Shown here: positions 24,001 to 27,000 of the stretch, piece by piece
Layout: each line of letters starts with the position of its first letter
Numbering within the stretch: the stretch's first letter is position 1
NCBI GenBank assembly: GCA_040756875.1
Contig: JBFLYH010000001.1
Coordinates: 384,001 to 448,000 of the forward strand
Direction: 5' to 3'
DNA length: 64,000 nt
Origin: a candidate division FCPU426 bacterium
GTDB lineage: Bacteria > Oederibacteriota > JAAXVQ01 > JAUVAV01
Translations under genes and position numbers: made by a program
Notes under the pieces: model-generated
The model's database searches: none
Seen by the model: the letters and a program-made list of their open reading frames with translations, nothing else
What the model was told of the DNA's origin: nothing

Positions 24001-27000
24001 GGCTGGGCACCGGACTACTGGCTGTGGCACTGGCCATCTGCGCCACAAGAGGGCGCCGGGAATTCTTCGTTAAAAGCGGTCAAGCGGCGGCCTATTTTTA
24101 TGAACAGGCAGGCCTGCAGCCCACGGGCAAGGCCGGAGAATTCCGCTATGATCTGACCACGGGCAAGTATCCGCCGGTCGAAATTACGCGCAAGCCTGAA
24201 CCAGTCCAACAACAGGCGTTCGTTCAAACTGCCATCAACGGCCGCAACCTCGGGGAACAATGGAAGGTGCTGAGGCCCGCTGATTTCCCCCGCGACCCTG
24301 GCGGCGCGTTCCGCGCCTTTACCCGCCAGGAAATGGCCGAACGCCTCCGGGCGCGGGCCGGAGAGCTGGCCGGCCGGATCACGGATCCAGTGGAACGGAG
24401 CCGGTTCGAGGAATTCGCGCGCAGAGTGCTGGAAGCTGTGTGGCCGGGCGACGACCTTCTGGCCGGCATGACCGGCGACTGGCCACTCCTGCCCGTGGAA
24501 TCCGGGAGCGGGGCCTTGCACCGTTCGTTCAACCAGCTGGAACAGGCCGGCCGCAGCCTGCCGTATTTCAACTTTGCCAGCGCCTTCATTCTCGCGCGGG
24601 AAGCGGGCCGCCTGCTGGGCAGCAGGCGGGCGCCGGGCGCGCGGCGGATCTACCTGGCCCGGGCCAGCGGCAGCCACTTTGAATCCGCGTTCTACCAGCA
24701 CCTGCTCGCCGGCCTGCCGGCGGACGCTTTTACCGCCCGCGTCTTCACCATTTCCAGGGACTCCCTGGGGCAGGACATGTTCGCCTTTCTGCAGCAGCTC
24801 CTGCCCGGGATCGCGCGCGGGGTTTCCAATTACGCCGAATACGAAGCCGCGGCCCTGGCCAGGCTGGACCAGGAATACCGCTCCAACCCGGCCGTGCGGC
24901 AGGCCGTGGACCAGATCTTCGACCAGGCCCGGGCAGCCGGGATCCTGGAAGGCACGGCCGACTTCCTGGTGATCGACGAAGTCGACATCGGCCCGTACCA
25001 GCTGCTGTTCAAGTACGCGGTCGAGAAAAACCTGCCGGGCGCCCGGGTGTCCCTGTTCGTGGGCAACAGCTGGGCCGAGGGCGATCCGGCCAAGGATGAA
25101 TTTTTCTGGAGCCGGCAGGTATTCTCCTATTCGCGCACCCGCATCCCCGATTATCCGGAGATGAAGCTGGAAGCCTTGGAGGAAGCCTTCGGCCTCAATC
25201 CCGAGCAGGCCTGGCGCCTGGTGGAAGGCGCCGGCGACATCAGCGCGGACCTGCCCCACCCGGTGCGCGTGGACCCGGCGCGGGCCCGCGAACCGCTCGC
25301 CGGCTTCCTGGCCGAGGCTCCGGAAGTGCAGTTGGGTTCCTATCTGCGCAGCCTCGTGCTCTACAACGGCGCCGTGGAATTCGCCCGGCGCGCGCCCGGC
25401 CGCCTGGCCCGGGCGGAGATCCAATGGACAGAGCAGCCGGCGCGCGCCGACGAGCTGGCGGAAATGGCCGCCGCGGCCCTGGAACGATCGGCTGCGGATT
25501 TCGAGGCCGGCCTGGACCAGGTCCGCCGGCTGCTGGAGGCGCGGCAGACGGAATGGCACGCGGTCCGCATGGTATGGCGGCTGCTGCAGCCGTACCGCCT
25601 CGGCCAAGGCCTGGACCTGGAAGCCTGGAAACGGGACCGCAGCCGCGTGCTGGCGCTCGTGGACGACACTCTGCGTGAGGAAAAACTTCTGGCCGCCTAC
25701 CTGTTCCGGACCCTGGGCGGCGCGGGCCTCGACGTTCCGCTGGCGCTCCTGGCCCGGGACTGCGGCCCGGGCATGAGCCTGCCCGAGTGCCAGGCCACGG
25801 CCAAACGCCTGGCCTCCGCAGGCCTGGTCCGCCTGAACAGCCGCGGCGAACTGACCGCGGATTTGGACGCGCTGAGCCGCCGGGCCCTGGCGCGCATCGG
25901 CCTGGACCGGATCAAATACGGCCGCCGGGAGCAAAGCCCGCCCACGTCGTGGCAGGTGTTTAGAAGCGAAATGAACAGCAGCCTGTTCCTGGGTTCCATG
26001 TACACCCTCTTCGGCCGCTCCTATTTCTACCGGACCAACGAGGAGCGGAAGGACTTCACCTACCGCAGCGTCAAGGCGCACCTGCTGGAACTCGGGCGCC
26101 GAAACGCCCTGCCGGCCGAAGTGCGCGTGCTGGTGGTCGGGTCGTCCCTGGGCATCCAGGGCTACGACGCGGCCATGGCCTGCGCGGACGCGCGCCGGGA
26201 GCTGGGCGCGGATTTCAAGATCACGCTGGTCAACAGCGACGCGCAGCACCTCAGCCTGGACCATGCCAAACGCGGCGAGTACGCGCCTGACTTTTTCGAG
26301 GAGGGATTCTGGGATGCCCCTCGGGCCGGCCGGTATTTCCAACGCCTGGCCGACGGCGGCGCCAGGATTCTGTCGCGCGCCGGGTGGCTGGCCCTGGGCG
26401 TGGACGTGCAGTTCGAGAAGCTGGACCTGCTCTCCGATCAGGACGTCCGCCGGGTTTTAACCGGAGGCGCGTTCGACCTGGTGGTGGCGGTCAATGTCCA
26501 CCATGCCGCGGATCCGGACAGCGAACGCCTGGCCCTGGAAAACCAGGAACGCCTGGTGGCGCCGTCCGGCGCCTGCCTGCACAGCCACAGCGAAGGCCAG
26601 GACCTGCTGCAGCCGGAATACTTCCGGGAAGCCTCCAGCCTGCTGCGCCGGGCCGTCCGGTCCGGCGCGCCGCAATTCCCGTACACCCGCATGGCCTTGG
26701 AGGGGAAGGCAAACGTGTTGTGGGGGCTGAGAAACGTCCGGCTGGCCGATTTGCCGGAACGGTTCAAACAATTGCCCGGCGGAGCGTTGCGCTGGCCCAG
26801 CGGCCAGGAAGGCGCCATGGCTTTGCTGATCCTTTCAGACTGGTTCGATGCGCCCCGGCGCGACCTGTTGTTCCACTTGCTCTTCGAACGCTGGGCAGGC
26901 ACGGTCTTGAAACCCAAAGGCAACCTTGGACGGATCTTTGATCCCGCCCGGCCGGAAACCCTGATCGCGGGATGGGATGTGTTCGACGAGTCCGCGCAAG

